Shown here in pieces: positions 30,915 to 46,971 of a stretch of DNA of 63,318 bases (its first letter is position 1; each line of letters starts with the position of its first letter). This DNA comes from Eledone cirrhosa. Lineage: Eukaryota. The notes under the pieces are model-generated. The model ran no database searches. It worked only from the letters and a program-made list of their open reading frames with translations, and was not told the DNA's origin. The stretch is taken from contig CAXHJY010000468.1 in the NCBI GenBank assembly GCA_964016885.1, positions 1 to 63,318 on the forward strand. The letters are read 5' to 3'. The translations under genes and the position numbers were made by a program.

Positions 30915-33900
30915 ATAAATTGAAACAAAATGAAAACGAAATTTCATTTCTCACTCTTAGTATGGCACTTACTTAAATGTAAGTATGCATGTATACGTAC
31001 ATACATATATGTATACAGACGTACAGTAGCATGCACATATATATATATATATACACATATACATACATATGCATACAGGTACACATACATATATGCACGT
31101 ATCAGTTTAGCGGCGCTAACGTCGCTTTGTTCGTTTGTAAACAAACTGAACAGCCTGAATTTATGCCATACGGTGTTAAGGCAACCACGTCACCTTTTTG
31201 TTCAACACTGACACAGGAACGATGTACTAGTTTCAAGCTTGTTAGCTATCATCAGCACCGTTTACCCATCTGCCAGATAGTTGAACGTTCGAAAGTATAT
31301 ACTTTCCTTATGAAAATTAACGGCTGAGCAGCCTAATTTGCATATTGAGTGAGTTAAATCGGTCAGGCATACCGAAAACGATAAATTGAAACAAAATGAA
31401 AACGAAATTTCATTTCTCACTCTTAGTATGGCACTTACTTAAATGTAAGTATGCATGTATACGTACATACATATATGTATACAGACGTACAGTAGCATGC
31501 ACATATATATATATATATACACATATACATACATATGCATACAGGTACACATACATATATGCACGTATCAGTTTAGCGGCGCTAACGTCGCTTTGTTCGT
31601 TTGTAAACAAACTGAACAGCCTGAATTTATGCCATACGGTGTTAAGGCAACCACGTCACCTTTTTGTTCAACACTGACACAGGAACGATGTACTAGTTTC
31701 AAGCTTGTTAGCTATCATCAGCACCGTTTACCCATCTGCCAGATAGTTGAACGTTCGAAAGTATATACTTTCCTTATGAAAATTAACGGCTGAGCAGCCT
31801 AATTTGCATATTGAGTGAGTTAAATCGGTCAGGCATACCGAAAACGATAAATTGAAACAAAATGAAAACGAAATTTCATTTCTCACTCTTAGTATGGCAC
31901 TTACTTAAATGTAAGTATGCATGTATACGTACATACATATATGTATACAGACGTACAGTAGCATGCACATATATATATATATATACACATATACATACAT
32001 ATGCATACAGGTACACATACATATATGCACGTATCAGTTTAGCGGCGCTAACGTCGCTTTGTTCGTTTGTAAACAAACTGAACAGCCTGAATTTATGCCA
32101 TACGGTGTTAAGGCAACCACGTCACCTTTTTGTTCAACACTGACACAGGAACGATGTACTAGTTTCAAGCTTGTTAGCTATCATCAGCACCGTTTACCCA
32201 TCTGCCAGATAGTTGAACGTTCGAAAGTATATACTTTCCTTATGAAAATTAACGGCTGAGCAGCCTAATTTGCATATTGAGTGAGTTAAATCGGTCAGGC
32301 ATACCGAAAACGATAAATTGAAACAAAATGAAAACGAAATTTCATTTCTCACTCTTAGTATGGCACTTACTTAAATGTAAGTATGCATGTATACGTACAT
32401 ACATATATGTATACAGACGTACAGTAGCATGCACATATATATATATATATACACATATACATACATATGCATACAGGTACACATACATATATGCACGTAT
32501 CAGTTTAGCGGCGCTAACGTCGCTTTGTTCGTTTGTAAACAAACTGAACAGCCTGAATTTATGCCATACGGTGTTAAGGCAACCACGTCACCTTTTTGTT
32601 CAACACTGACACAGGAACGATGTACTAGTTTCAAGCTTGTTAGCTATCATCAGCACCGTTTACCCATCTGCCAGATAGTTGAACGTTCGAAAGTATATAC
32701 ATTCCTTATGAAAATTAACGGCTGAGCAGCCTAATTTGCATATTGAGTGAGTTAAATCGGTCAGGCATACCGAAAACGATAAATTGAAACAAAATGAAAA
32801 CGAAATTTCATTTCTCACTCTTAGTATGGCACTTACTTAAATGTAAGTATGCATGTATACGTACATACATATATGTATACAGACGTACAGTAGCATGCAC
32901 ATATATATATATATATATACACATATACATACATATGCATACAGGTACATATACATATATGCACGTATCATACATTTAAGTAAGTGCCATACTAAGAGTG
33001 AGAAATGAAATTTCGTTTTCATTTTGTTTCAATTTATCGTTTTCGGTATGCCTGACCGATTTAACTCACTCAATATGCAAATTAGGCTGCTCAGCCGTTA
33101 ATTTTCATAAGGAAAGTATATACTTTCGAACGTTCAACTATCTGGCAGATGGGTAAACGGTGCTGATGATAGCTAACAAGCTTGAAACTAGTACATCGTT
33201 CCTGTGTCAGTGTTGAACAAAAAGGTGACGTGGTTGCCTTAACACCGTATGGCATAAATTCAGGCTGTTCAGTTTGTTTACAAACGAACAAAGCGACGTT
33301 AGCGCCGCTAAACTGATACGTGCATATATGTATGTGTACCTGTATGCATATGTATGTATATGTGTATATATATATATATATGTGCATGCTACTGTACGTC
33401 TGTATACATATATGTATGTACGTATACATGCATACTTACATTTAAGTAAGTGCCATACTAAGAGTGAGAAATGAAATTTCGTTTTCATTTTGTTTCAATT
33501 TATCGTTTTCGGTATGCCTGACCGATTTAACTCACTCAATATGCAAATTAGGCTGCTCAGCCGTTAATTTTCATAAGGAAAGTATATACTTTCGAACGTT
33601 CAACTATCTGGCAGATGGGTAAACGGTGCTGATGATAGCTAACAAGCTTGAAACTAGTACATCGTTCCTGTGTCAGTGTTGAACAAAAAGGTGACGTGGT
33701 TGCCTTAACACCGTATGGCATAAATTCAGGCTGTTCAGTTTGTTTACAAACGAACAAAGCGACGTTAGCGCCGCTAAACTGATACGTGCATATATGTATG
33801 TGTACCTGTATGCATATGTATGTATATGTGTATATATATATATATATGTGCATGCTACTGTACGTCTGTATACATATATGTATGTACGTATACATGCATA

Positions 33901-34844
33901 CTTACATTTAAGTAAGTGCCATACTAAGAGTGAGAAATGAAATTTCGTTTTCATTTTGTTTCAATTTATCGTTTTCGGTATGCCTGACCGATTTAACTCA
34001 CTCAATATGCAAATTAGGCTGCTCAGCCGTTAATTTTCATAAGGAAAGTATATACTTTCGAACGTTCAACTATCTGGCAGATGGGTAAACGGTGCTGATG
34101 ATAGCTAACAAGCTTGAAACTAGTACATCGTTCCTGTGTCAGTGTTGAACAAAAAGGTGACGTGGTTGCCTTAACACCGTATGGCATAAATTCAGGCTGT
34201 TCAGTTTGTTTACAAACGAACAAAGCGACGTTAGCGCCGCTAAACTGATACGTGCATATATGTATGTGTACCTGTATGCATATGTATGTATATGTGTAAT
34301 ATATATATATATATGTGCATTCTACTGTACGTCTGTATACATATATGTATGTACGTATACATGCATACTTACATTTAAGTAAGTGCCATACTAAGAGTGA
34401 GAAATGAAATTTCGTTTTCATTTTGTTTCAATTTATCGTTTTCGGTATGCCTGACCGATTTAACTCACTCAATATGCAAATTAGGCTGCTCAGCCGTTAA
34501 TTTTCATAAGGAAAGTATATACTTTCGAACGTTCAACTATCTGGCAGATGGGTAAACGGTGCTGATGATAGCTAACAAGCTTGAAACTAGTACATCGTTC
34601 CTGTGTCAGTGTTGAACAAAAAGGTGACGTGGTTGCCTTAACACCGTATGGCATAAATTCAGGCTGTTCAGTTTGTTTACAAACGAACAAAGCGACGTTA
34701 GCGCCGCTAAACTGATACGTGCATATATGTATGTGTACCTGTATGCATATGTATGTATATGTGTATATATATATATATATGTGCATGCTACTGTACGTCT
34801 GTATACATATATGTATGTACGTATACATGCATACTTACATTTAA
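30915..34844. mobile_element. Retrozyme-like element, 466-bp family: about 4.4 units (30915-32970) and about 4 inverted units (32971-34844)
   Basis: Period 466 (identical ORFs at 30930, 31396, 31862, 32328). Switch at gcacgtatca|tacatttaag. Four HHRs per arm, pointing outward. Confidence 0.9.
33156..33200 (+). ncRNA. Minimal type I hammerhead ribozyme, representative of 8 copies in this array
   Basis: aacggtg CTGATGA tagct-aaca-agctt GAAAC-TA-GTA catcgtt. Confidence 0.9.
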
Positions 34845-35667
<823 letters not shown>

Positions 35668-35669
<2 letters not shown>

Positions 35670-36053
35670 CGTTTCTGAATTTGTTTAGCAAGATTCTTTA
35701 TCTGAAATCGTGTGTTGAAACCGATACTGTTATACTTTGGGAGGGTCATGTTGCCAATAAGAAACACTCGCACCAGTTGCTTTCACTTCAATTTAATTTA
35801 ATATATATTTATAAATTTACAAATTTATAAATTTCTGGTTGGTTGGTTGGTTCCACAACCAGATAGTTGTTTATAAAGAACAAAGAACTATGACTATATA
35901 TATATAAACAACTATCTGGTTGTGGAACCAACCAACCAACCAGAAATTTATAAATTTGTAAATTTATAAATATATATTAAATTAAATTGAAGTGAAAGCA
36001 ACTGGTGCGTGTGTTTCTTATTGGCAACATGACCCTCCCAAAGTATAACAATA
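35668..36053. mobile_element. Short inverted-arm insertion, same family as 13851-14080, opposite orientation
   Basis: Arms at about 35668-35875 (with tail) and 35903-36053 (ends at aagtataacaatat); includes (GGTT)n. Confidence 0.8.
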
Positions 36054-37357
<1,304 letters not shown>

Positions 37358-37483
37358 TAGGAGGTGAGTTTTATTGTAGTACAATAAAGCAATGCACATA
37401 TCGGATAAGAAGCACTCTACAGTTTGTAGGACTGGAGTATACATAATATATAAGAACAAAAGATGGTTAAAGGAGTTCCATGT

Positions 37484-37552
37484 ATTTTATTATGCGCATT
37501 TCAAAAACAAACATCATCATGCAATAATATTTGTGTTTTCATCAGATAAAAC
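37484..37552 (-). ncRNA. Type I hammerhead ribozyme with extended stem II
   Basis: gttttat CTGATGA aaacacaaatat...atgtttgttttt GAAA-TGCGCA-TA ataaaat: palindromic ATGCGCAT stem III, AUA triplet, same strand as the ORF. Confidence 0.8.
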
Positions 37553-38390
37553 AGGAGGACATGATATGAAGGCTAAAAAACACTTGTGGATAGTGCAGTT
37601 TTAAATCAACATATGAGAAGTAGTTTTAGATTGATGTGTGATATTGGGAAAAATATTTTATTTAGAGGGGGGTGAAAAAAAGGGGAGGAGATGAGAGTGA
37701 AGGTGAGATGAGAGGGAGGAATATAATGAGGAAGGATGAGATAGGAGAAGAGATGGGTGACAGAGAGATAGAGATAGTTTTTATAACTGAGAAAGATATA
37801 TTGTTTTACATAGAGAGGTTGAAAACCGTTGGAAGATAATGTATGAATTAAAAGGATTTGAAAATTAACGAAGGGAAAAATATGTGCGACGAAGGAGAGG
37901 GAGTTAATATGTATTTAGAATAATGAGTTTGATGATAGAGAGAATAAAATAATGAATTGCGGATGAATAATCTAACGTCAAAAAAAAGTGTGTATGTTTA
38001 CAAGTATTATGGAAATTTTAAAATTAACGAAGAGAAAAAAAAAATTAAGGTTTGTGTATTGAAGGATTTGAGAAAAATAATGTGAAGTTAAGATTTGTAT
38101 ATTGAAGGGATTGATAATATGTGCGAAGAAAGAGTTAATATGTATTGAGAATGAGTTAGATGATAGGGAGAAAAAAATAATGAATTAAGGATGAATAATC
38201 TGGCGTCAAAACAAATGTATATGTTACGAAGGATTTTACAAGGTGAAAATAGAGTAAGGGTCATGAGTAAACAAGTATTATAGAGTGTATAATACTCTTT
38301 GAAATAAGGTAGGAAGATGGGTATATTTTAAAAGAGGTGTATGTATATGTGCCTTTGAGAAAAGATTCTAAATTGATAAAGAATTGAATA

Positions 38391-40490
38391 TTAGCTGTAT
38401 ACTTTGTGAAATGTTTTATTGAATTTATGCAAGCAGATAGAAAACAAATCAGTTCGTCTATTTATTATAGAATCTAGATTAGAGATAATGGTAAATTTTT
38501 CATTTAGGCAGAGATTGCAGATTTTAGATAGAGAGCTGTTCAAGTATAAAGACGCAGAAGAAACCTTCTTCCAAAAGATGGTATATTTAATGTTTTTGTC
38601 TTTCAAGGACCATATGAGTTCTGAGAGAGCCGTGTTGGTTCTTTTAAGTTTGTATTTAAAAGATGAATGATGATTATAGAGACGAGCTTTAAAAGAGGTG
38701 GAAGTGGAGCCAAAATAGGTGAAGGAATTGGTGTTAGTTATAACTTTACATTCATAAATTAAGTTTTTATCAAGACAATGGTTGTTGAGAGGACATTTAT
38801 TTTTAATAGGGCAATTTCAATTGCAATTAGAGAGATTATTAATGAGTGACCTAGTGTTATCTATAGAAGGAATTGGATTGGAGAAGTTGTTCGCGATAGG
38901 AATAATAGTTTCTTGATTTAGAGTTGGATTATGAACATTTAGCGAAGTTGTGTTTGACGTTGTATTTGGGTTTGCAGAAATTAGCCTAGGGTTTACAATG
39001 ACGTCGGGAGTACTATTACTATTATTATGAAATTCAGTGTTGGAAGGAAGAGATTTAGTATTTAGTATTTTATTGTTGTGTTTAGAGATAATGTTGGAAA
39101 TATTGGAGGATGTAGAATAAGAAAATTTTATGGTGTGTTTGTTAAATATTTTACTATAGATATGTGAGGGAGGGAAGCATTTATTTAAGGCACTAAAGAA
39201 TAATTTAGGAATATTGTTATTAATAGAGATGGAGAAAGGAGCATTATACCAGATTATGTTTTTGTATCTAGGTCTTTTATTAAAGTTATTGGAATGATCA
39301 TGATTAATTATTCTACTGTAAGTTCTTCTAGAATTTGTTTCTTTACTATATTTGATTTTATCAGGATAGCCGGCTTTAGAAAGTGCGTTATTATAGTAAT
39401 TGGCGTTAGCATCAAAGATGTTTTTATTAGAAGATAGGTTAGATATTCTTTTTCCAATATTACTAACTATAGCATTCTTGATATTAGTAGGATGGTTAGA
39501 TTTAAAGTTAACATAATTTAGGTTCTCATTGTTTTTATGGTAAGGGTAATATAGGCCAGTGTCAAGATTAAGAGATACATCCAAGAAATTAGCTAGTTTG
39601 ATACTGTTATCAAATTCAATTTTTAGGTTATGTTGGTTAAAGAGATTACGTATATTGTTCTTAATAATATTAAGGTTAACTATATTGCAATTTAAGATAG
39701 TAAAGAGTCCATCGTCACGATAAATTCCACCGCGAAGTTGAGGAATTTTCCGACTCAAAGAGTTCAAAATAAAGATACCAATTAAATCAGTCAATTGGGA
39801 TGAATCGGATGCTCCCATTGTGATGTCGAAGTTGTTAGAGGTATCGGCTCTGGTCCAATATTCGTTGTTGAACTCTAGGATGGTTTTACGTGCGGTGAGG
39901 ATGATGTGAAGTTCATCTGTGGTGATGTCAGAATATTTAAGTGCGAAAGATAGAGCATTATTGAGAAGTGAAGGCGAAATGGAGGAATAGTAGCTGGCAA
40001 TATCAAATTGAATAAATTTTAGTTTGTTTTTATTATCCAATTTGTTGAACCAGCCAATCACTTCAGAAGTACCAAACCATAAATTTAGGTTCAAAGAAGA
40101 GCAATTAGAACGAACCTGTGGGATAATTCTATCCAAGATGGCTTTACTAACAACCCCCAGATCAGATTTAGAGGGGGCGATTAATCTAACAGGTAGTTCA
40201 GTGCGAAAATTGTTTTTGTGATCCTTGAGATTTATCCTCGGAGTTCTTGGGAGGAATGGTTCGGTCTTTTTTTCAATGCCAAGTTTTGACATAATCTCAG
40301 AGGCTTCAAGGTTTATGTATTCTAAATTTTCATGGTTGGTTTTACGATATTTTTTCCTAAGTTCCTTTAGGATAAGGTTGTTATAATTATCCTTGGAAAT
40401 ACCATATTAGTTATTGGTTTTGTCAGAGTGGACTAAAACACTTTTTGAGGAATTTAGGTTAGGAATTGTGTTCTTGAGATTTACAAGTGC
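38391..40490 (-). pseudogene. PLE RT plus GIY-YIG in one frame with in-frame TAA (40407-40409) and TGA (38817-38819)
   Basis: HSDKTNN*YG, RINLKDHKNNF, RLIAPSKSDLG, FDIASYYSSI, GIYRDDG, NFLDVSLNL, then NCN*NCPIKNKCPLNNHCLDKNLIYECKV...YFGST...FKARLYNH...CNLC...CLH. Listed ORFs 38817-40292 and 38391-38606 are in the same frame. Confidence 0.88.
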
Positions 40491-40558
40491 TCTTGTCCTT
40501 TGTAAGGGTATCTCTTGAATTTAAGATTTTTATATAATTTAAGATATATATATATATA

Positions 40559-40612
40559 TGTAAGTATGCATGTATACGTACATACATATATGTATACAGA
40601 CGTACAGTAGCA

Positions 40613-40672
<60 letters not shown>

Positions 40673-41252
40673 TACATACAGGTACACATACATATATGTA
40701 CGCATCAGATTAGCGGACGCTTATCATAGGGCCCGCTTTGTTAGTTTGTAAACAAACTGAACAGCCTGAATTTATGCCGCACGGTGTTAAGGCAACCACG
40801 TCACCTTTTTGCTCAACACTGACACAGGAACGATGTACTAGTTTCAAGCTTGTTAGCTATCATCAGCACCGTATACCCATCTGCCAGATAGTTGAACGTT
40901 CGAAAGTATATACTTTCCTTATGAAAATTAACGGCTGAGCAGCCTAATTTGCATATCGAGTGAGTTAAATCGGTCCGCAAAAAGTGACGTGGTTGCCTTA
41001 ACACCGTGCGGCATAAATTCAGGCTGTTCAGTTTGTTTACAAACGAAAAAAGCGGGCGCTATAATAAGCTTACGCTAAACTGATGCGTACATATATGTAT
41101 GTGTACCTGTATGTATATATATATATATATATATGCATGCTACTGTACGTCGGTATACATATATGTATGTACGTATACATGCATACTTACATATAAGTAA
41201 GTGCCGTATTAAGAGTGAGAAATGAAATTTCGTTTTCGTTTTATTACAACTC
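40559..41252. mobile_element. Diverged subfamily of the 466-bp retrozyme-like element with two short inverted arms
   Basis: Arms at about 40559-40975 and 40978-41252; intact HHR on minus at about 40829-40872; several substitutions relative to the main family. Confidence 0.8.
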
Positions 41253-43123
<1,871 letters not shown>

Positions 43124-43823
43124 TACAGTCCAGAATTAGCCGTCGAAACGGCTTGAGCTCAGCTGTCGGGGTCTTACTGGTTCCTATTACCCACTCTACT
43201 ACCTCAAGTATTGAGTACTTTGGTGCGTTATGGTCCACCTGGTTCCTTACCACATTTCCTTCGTTATATATATATATATGAATATATATATATATATATA
43301 TATATATTGTTATATTTGGGGAGGGTCATATTTGCGTAATATTGCCAGAATTAATAACAGAACACACTCACTGTTTGGTTGGTTTTCGCTTCTCGCTGTC
43401 TTTTATATATATATATCTGCGATCTAACTTACTCGGTCCTCAATGTTGCCATTGACTGACCGGCGGTCAAAAATAATACAGATACAATATAGACAAACAC
43501 ATATATATATAGTTTACATAAATCTTTCGTTGCACATCTGCAACATCGTCAGTGGTGTTATATTCATTGTTCCTCCTGTTGTGTTGTATGTCTACGCCAT
43601 TTTTTTGTTCAGGCTGTCTATATATTTATTTATTTATTTGCTTGTTTGTTTATCTTATTTTATTTTGTCTTCTTTGCGCATGCGTTTGCGTGTGTGTATA
43701 GTGTTATGTGTGATGTGTGACTAGTGTGTATAGTGTTGTGTCTGCTGGGTGACTAGTGTGTGTTTATGTGCTTGTGTATGTATTTATTTATCTTATTTTA
43801 TTTAATTTAATTTACTTATTTAT

Positions 43824-46800
43824 TTATACTTCTCTTAGGTCAGTGTTGTTTGTTTGGGTGTTGTTGTTGTTCCACTCATTCTTTCTGTTTAGCTTTGGTC
43901 TTCTAATTTCTATTTCACTGGCCTCTCTGATTTGCCTATCTGCTGGGTCATTCCTATGTTTAGATATTATTCTAATTTCTATGTTGTCTATGTTACCGTC
44001 ATGATGTTGTCTAGCATGTTCGTATAGTACTGACCCGTTTTTTCGTCCTTTTAGTTCCCCCCAGTGTTGGTCTATCCTTTCACCTATGCTACGAGCTGTC
44101 TCACCTATGTATGTTGTTGTCGTGTTTCTGCAAGTACCCTCTGTACATCTTATGCTATAGACTACGTTTCTAGTTTTACAGTTTATCCGGGGGTTCACCT
44201 TACATATGATACATTTCCTATTGGTACAGTGGGTTTTCTTAAAAGGGTAGGTTTTGCTGATCAGGGATTTTATGGTGGTTCCTGGCTTTTCTACCACCTT
44301 TATTTTTAAGTGGGTCTTTCTCAGGGCCTTTCTACACTGGTTAGCTAATTTCCCTCCAGGGGTGGCGTCCACAAACATGACACTCTGATATCTCTGGTTG
44401 TCGTACCATGATGTGGCCTTCCCTATCTTATGTCTAGCCCTATCTAAGCTATTCCATGATTTGCTCCTGTATAGTGGGCAAATTCCTTTCATGTCCAGTT
44501 CTATGAGGGTCTTATACTTTTCCATGGCTCCTTCGTATACTCTGACTCTGTCTCTTTGGTTGTAGCCAGAGAACTGCATGCGGTTGATGAAGTGTTGGAT
44601 GTGTCCTTCCATTTCTGTTGGGTCGCACATGCTGGACACATTCTTCATCACTCGTACCAAATCTGCGATCAGAATATTAAACTTAGCACTACTGGACATT
44701 GCTGAGTTTTTGAGTATCAGGTATTTGGAGGCCATGGGTTTAGCATAGTGTGAGTGGAGAATTTGGGCTCTCTCGTCTATAGTGTTAATCCAGAGTTCTG
44801 TGTCTAATACAGGTAGTCTATTGTTAGGGTGTTTGGAAGGGAAGTCTATAGTTACAGTTATACTCTGGTGTATGGAATTAGCTATCTGCTGGATGCTTTC
44901 CATCGTGCTACGTTCTAAATCAAACTTGTTAGTGCTCTCTAGTGGGGGTGTTCTTATAACTATATTGATATCGTCTACATAACGAGAGTACATGATGAGG
45001 TCTATGGAGCTTTCATTAAGGAGATCTTTAAGTCTCCTTTCCCACCATACCATGAAAAGGTTGGCAACATCGCCAGCTATGCTGACGCCGATGGCTGCTC
45101 CCTCATTTTGGGTGTAGATTTTCTCATTGAACTTAAATATGTGGCCCTTTAGGGTAGTTTTGATACTAGCCCCTATTGCATGTGCGACCATTTTTCTTAC
45201 CTGATCAGTGTTTTGGGGGGTCCGTATAGCTTTGGTCCACCCAATCCACCTTCCTATGGGAGTCTTTTTAGCCATTGAGGTTATGGTGGGGGGTCTACCT
45301 CTTATAGGTCTACTAGGGCAGAAACATCTAAGGTCATGGCTGTCTAGGTAGTCAGTGTCGTAGGTAAGTCTAAGTAGGAGGCCCAGTTCGTCTGTGTCGA
45401 CGTCGCAGAACTCCACCTCACTCTCAATGATCATCTCCACACATCTTTTCACAGCAAAATCAATGTTAATGGATGGGTACAGTGACACCACATCCATGCT
45501 GCCTATTATGCAGTTGGATAGGCTCCTGTTTTTGTTGCACTCACTGATTCTGCTGAGGAGGTCCTCTGTACTTTCACAAACATCTGGGGACATCTTGATT
45601 ATGGGGCGTATAACCATTGAGAGGAAGTAGGAGATCCTGTAGTTGCTAGCTATATTAGCTCCGCATACAGGTCTTGTTGGTGGTCCTATTGTCGGGTCGT
45701 CGACTGTCTTGTGGTCTTTGCGGAGCCCATACAAGGGTGGTATGCCATTGTTAGACGCCTGGAAGTTGTTGGCAGTGCGTCTGCTTGGCTTTAGGATGTC
45801 AGTCCACATCATCATGTGAGCGTTGAGGATTTTTTCTCTCCCATCGTGTGTTAGTTGTGCAACTTCGCTCGTGTTGGTGATGTGGGGTTGCATTGCCTCG
45901 ATGTAGTTCGGCATGCTATCTATTGACATCCTACCAGACTTATCTGTGGGTAGACACACTACCTCACCATCCCTTGTGCGCTGCTTGAGGCTAACCAAGC
46001 CTTCTACAGGTTTTATCCCAAGTTGTTGGGCCTCTGGTCTGCTCTGTCTCATAGTGTACCTGTCTACTACTTGTCTAATCTTATTTCTAGCTATGGTGAA
46101 CTGTGCCTCCGTCTCGTCATCTATTTGTTGTGGTATGCAAACTCTTTTATTAAAGGGTAACCTCGTAGGATAGATATTACCCATCTTATATGTTTTGTCA
46201 GCTGGGTTGAAAAATAGTTTCTCTAAGGGGTTGTCGTTATTTCTATCGTCATAGTTGTGTGTGTTGCTATTATTGTTATCATGGTGGTTGTAGTTGTTTC
46301 TATCCTTAGCATTAATATTATTATTGTTATGATTGCTAGATGTATTGTTGTTTACTTCACCGTTATTGTTGTTGTTACTGCTATTTCTACCATTGTGGTT
46401 GTTACTATTATTATGTTTCTTGTTTTTGTTGATGTTGCTACATGTACTATTTCCATTATTACCACTGTGGTTATTGTTGTTGTTGTTGTTCGTATTGTTA
46501 CCGTTATTACTACTGTGGTCACTGTTGCTGTGTCTGTGGTTAACGTTTCTATTATTATTATTATTGTGGTTGTTGTTGTTCTGTCTGTCGCTAGTATTAT
46601 TACCATTATCACTATTTCTCACTTTCCTGCCATTGTTATGGTTATGGCTGTTATTTCTATACCCAGAGTTATTGTTTATATTACTACTACCGTTATTATT
46701 GTTGTTGTTGTTTACCTTTGCATTCCAACGTATTTTTGTGAAACACTTTTCCAGCTCCGTTTTGCATTCCATAGGATTAATCTTTTTGTAGATGGCAAAT

Positions 46801-46940
46801 TTTGGTGGTAACTTTAGGATTTGTTGTTCTTGTTCACTGATTAAAGTGTTCCCATAGATATTTACTGTGTGGTCATTGGTAAATTCTTCCGGTAGTTTTA
46901 CATCACTCATACGGATGTTGTCGATGTTATCTGGGTATTT
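43824..46940 (-). CDS. 5'-truncated PLE RT plus GIY-YIG with an Asn-rich N-terminal insertion
   Basis: LKLPPKFA, TDKSGR, PLYGLRKDHK, TRPVCGA, MDVVSLYPSI, GAAIG, RYVDD, LPVLD, CxxxxCxxC, VVYSIRC...YIGET...ERIDQH. The first residues of the listed ORF come from the junction and the opposite arm. Confidence 0.93.
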   Translation of the reverse strand, partial: KYPDNIDNIRMSDVKLPEEFTNDHTVNIYGNTLISEQEQQILKLPPKFAIYKKINPMECKTELEKCFTKIRWNAKVNNNNNNNGSSNINNNSGYRNNSHNHNNGRKVRNSDNGNNTSDRQNNNNHNNNNNRNVNHRHSNSDHSSNNGNNTNNNNNNNHSGNNGNSTCSNINKNKKHNNSNNHNGRNSSNNNNNGEVNNNTSSNHNNNNINAKDRNNYNHHDNNNSNTHNYDDRNNDNPLEKLFFNPADKTYKMGNIYPTRLPFNKRVCIPQQIDDETEAQFTIARNKIRQVVDRYTMRQSRPEAQQLGIKPVEGLVSLKQRTRDGEVVCLPTDKSGRMSIDSMPNYIEAMQPHITNTSEVAQLTHDGREKILNAHMMMWTDILKPSRRTANNFQASNNGIPPLYGLRKDHKTVDDPTIGPPTRPVCGANIASNYRISYFLSMVIRPIIKMSPDVCESTEDLLSRISECNKNRSLSNCIIGSMDVVSLYPSINIDFAVKRCVEMIIESEVEFCDVDTDELGLLLRLTYDTDYLDSHDLRCFCPSRPIRGRPPTITSMAKKTPIGRWIGWTKAIRTPQNTDQVRKMVAHAIGASIKTTLKGHIFKFNEKIYTQNEGAAIGVSIAGDVANLFMVWWERRLKDLLNESSIDLIMYSRYVDDINIVIRTPPLESTNKFDLERSTMESIQQIANSIHQSITVTIDFPSKHPNNRLPVLDTELWINTIDERAQILHSHYAKPMASKYLILKNSAMSSSAKFNILIADLVRVMKNVSSMCDPTEMEGHIQHFINRMQFSGYNQRDRVRVYEGAMEKYKTLIELDMKGICPLYRSKSWNSLDRARHKIGKATSWYDNQRYQSVMFVDATPGGKLANQCRKALRKTHLKIKVVEKPGTTIKSLISKTYPFKKTHCTNRKCIICKVNPRINCKTRNVVYSIRCTEGTCRNTTTTYIGETARSIGERIDQHWGELKGRKNGSVLYEHARQHHDGNIDNIEIRIISKHRNDPADRQIREASEIEIRRPKLNRKNEWNNNNTQTNNTDLREV

Positions 46941-46971
46941 TTGAGAATATTTTTGAGAATATTTGAGAATA

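Larger units (their letters stand above)
37358..40545 (-). mobile_element. Hydra-like PLE copy C (different family from A/B), 5'-truncated
   Basis: RT-EN frame, about 1 kb of 3' UTR containing an HHR, AT flanks. Confidence 0.85.

Noticed and set aside
30930-34828. Repeated 60-130 aa ORFs in the 466-bp and 467-bp units
   Set aside because: They overlap on both strands, shift frame with AT-tract length between copies, and are not conserved between the related families, whereas the RNA structure is
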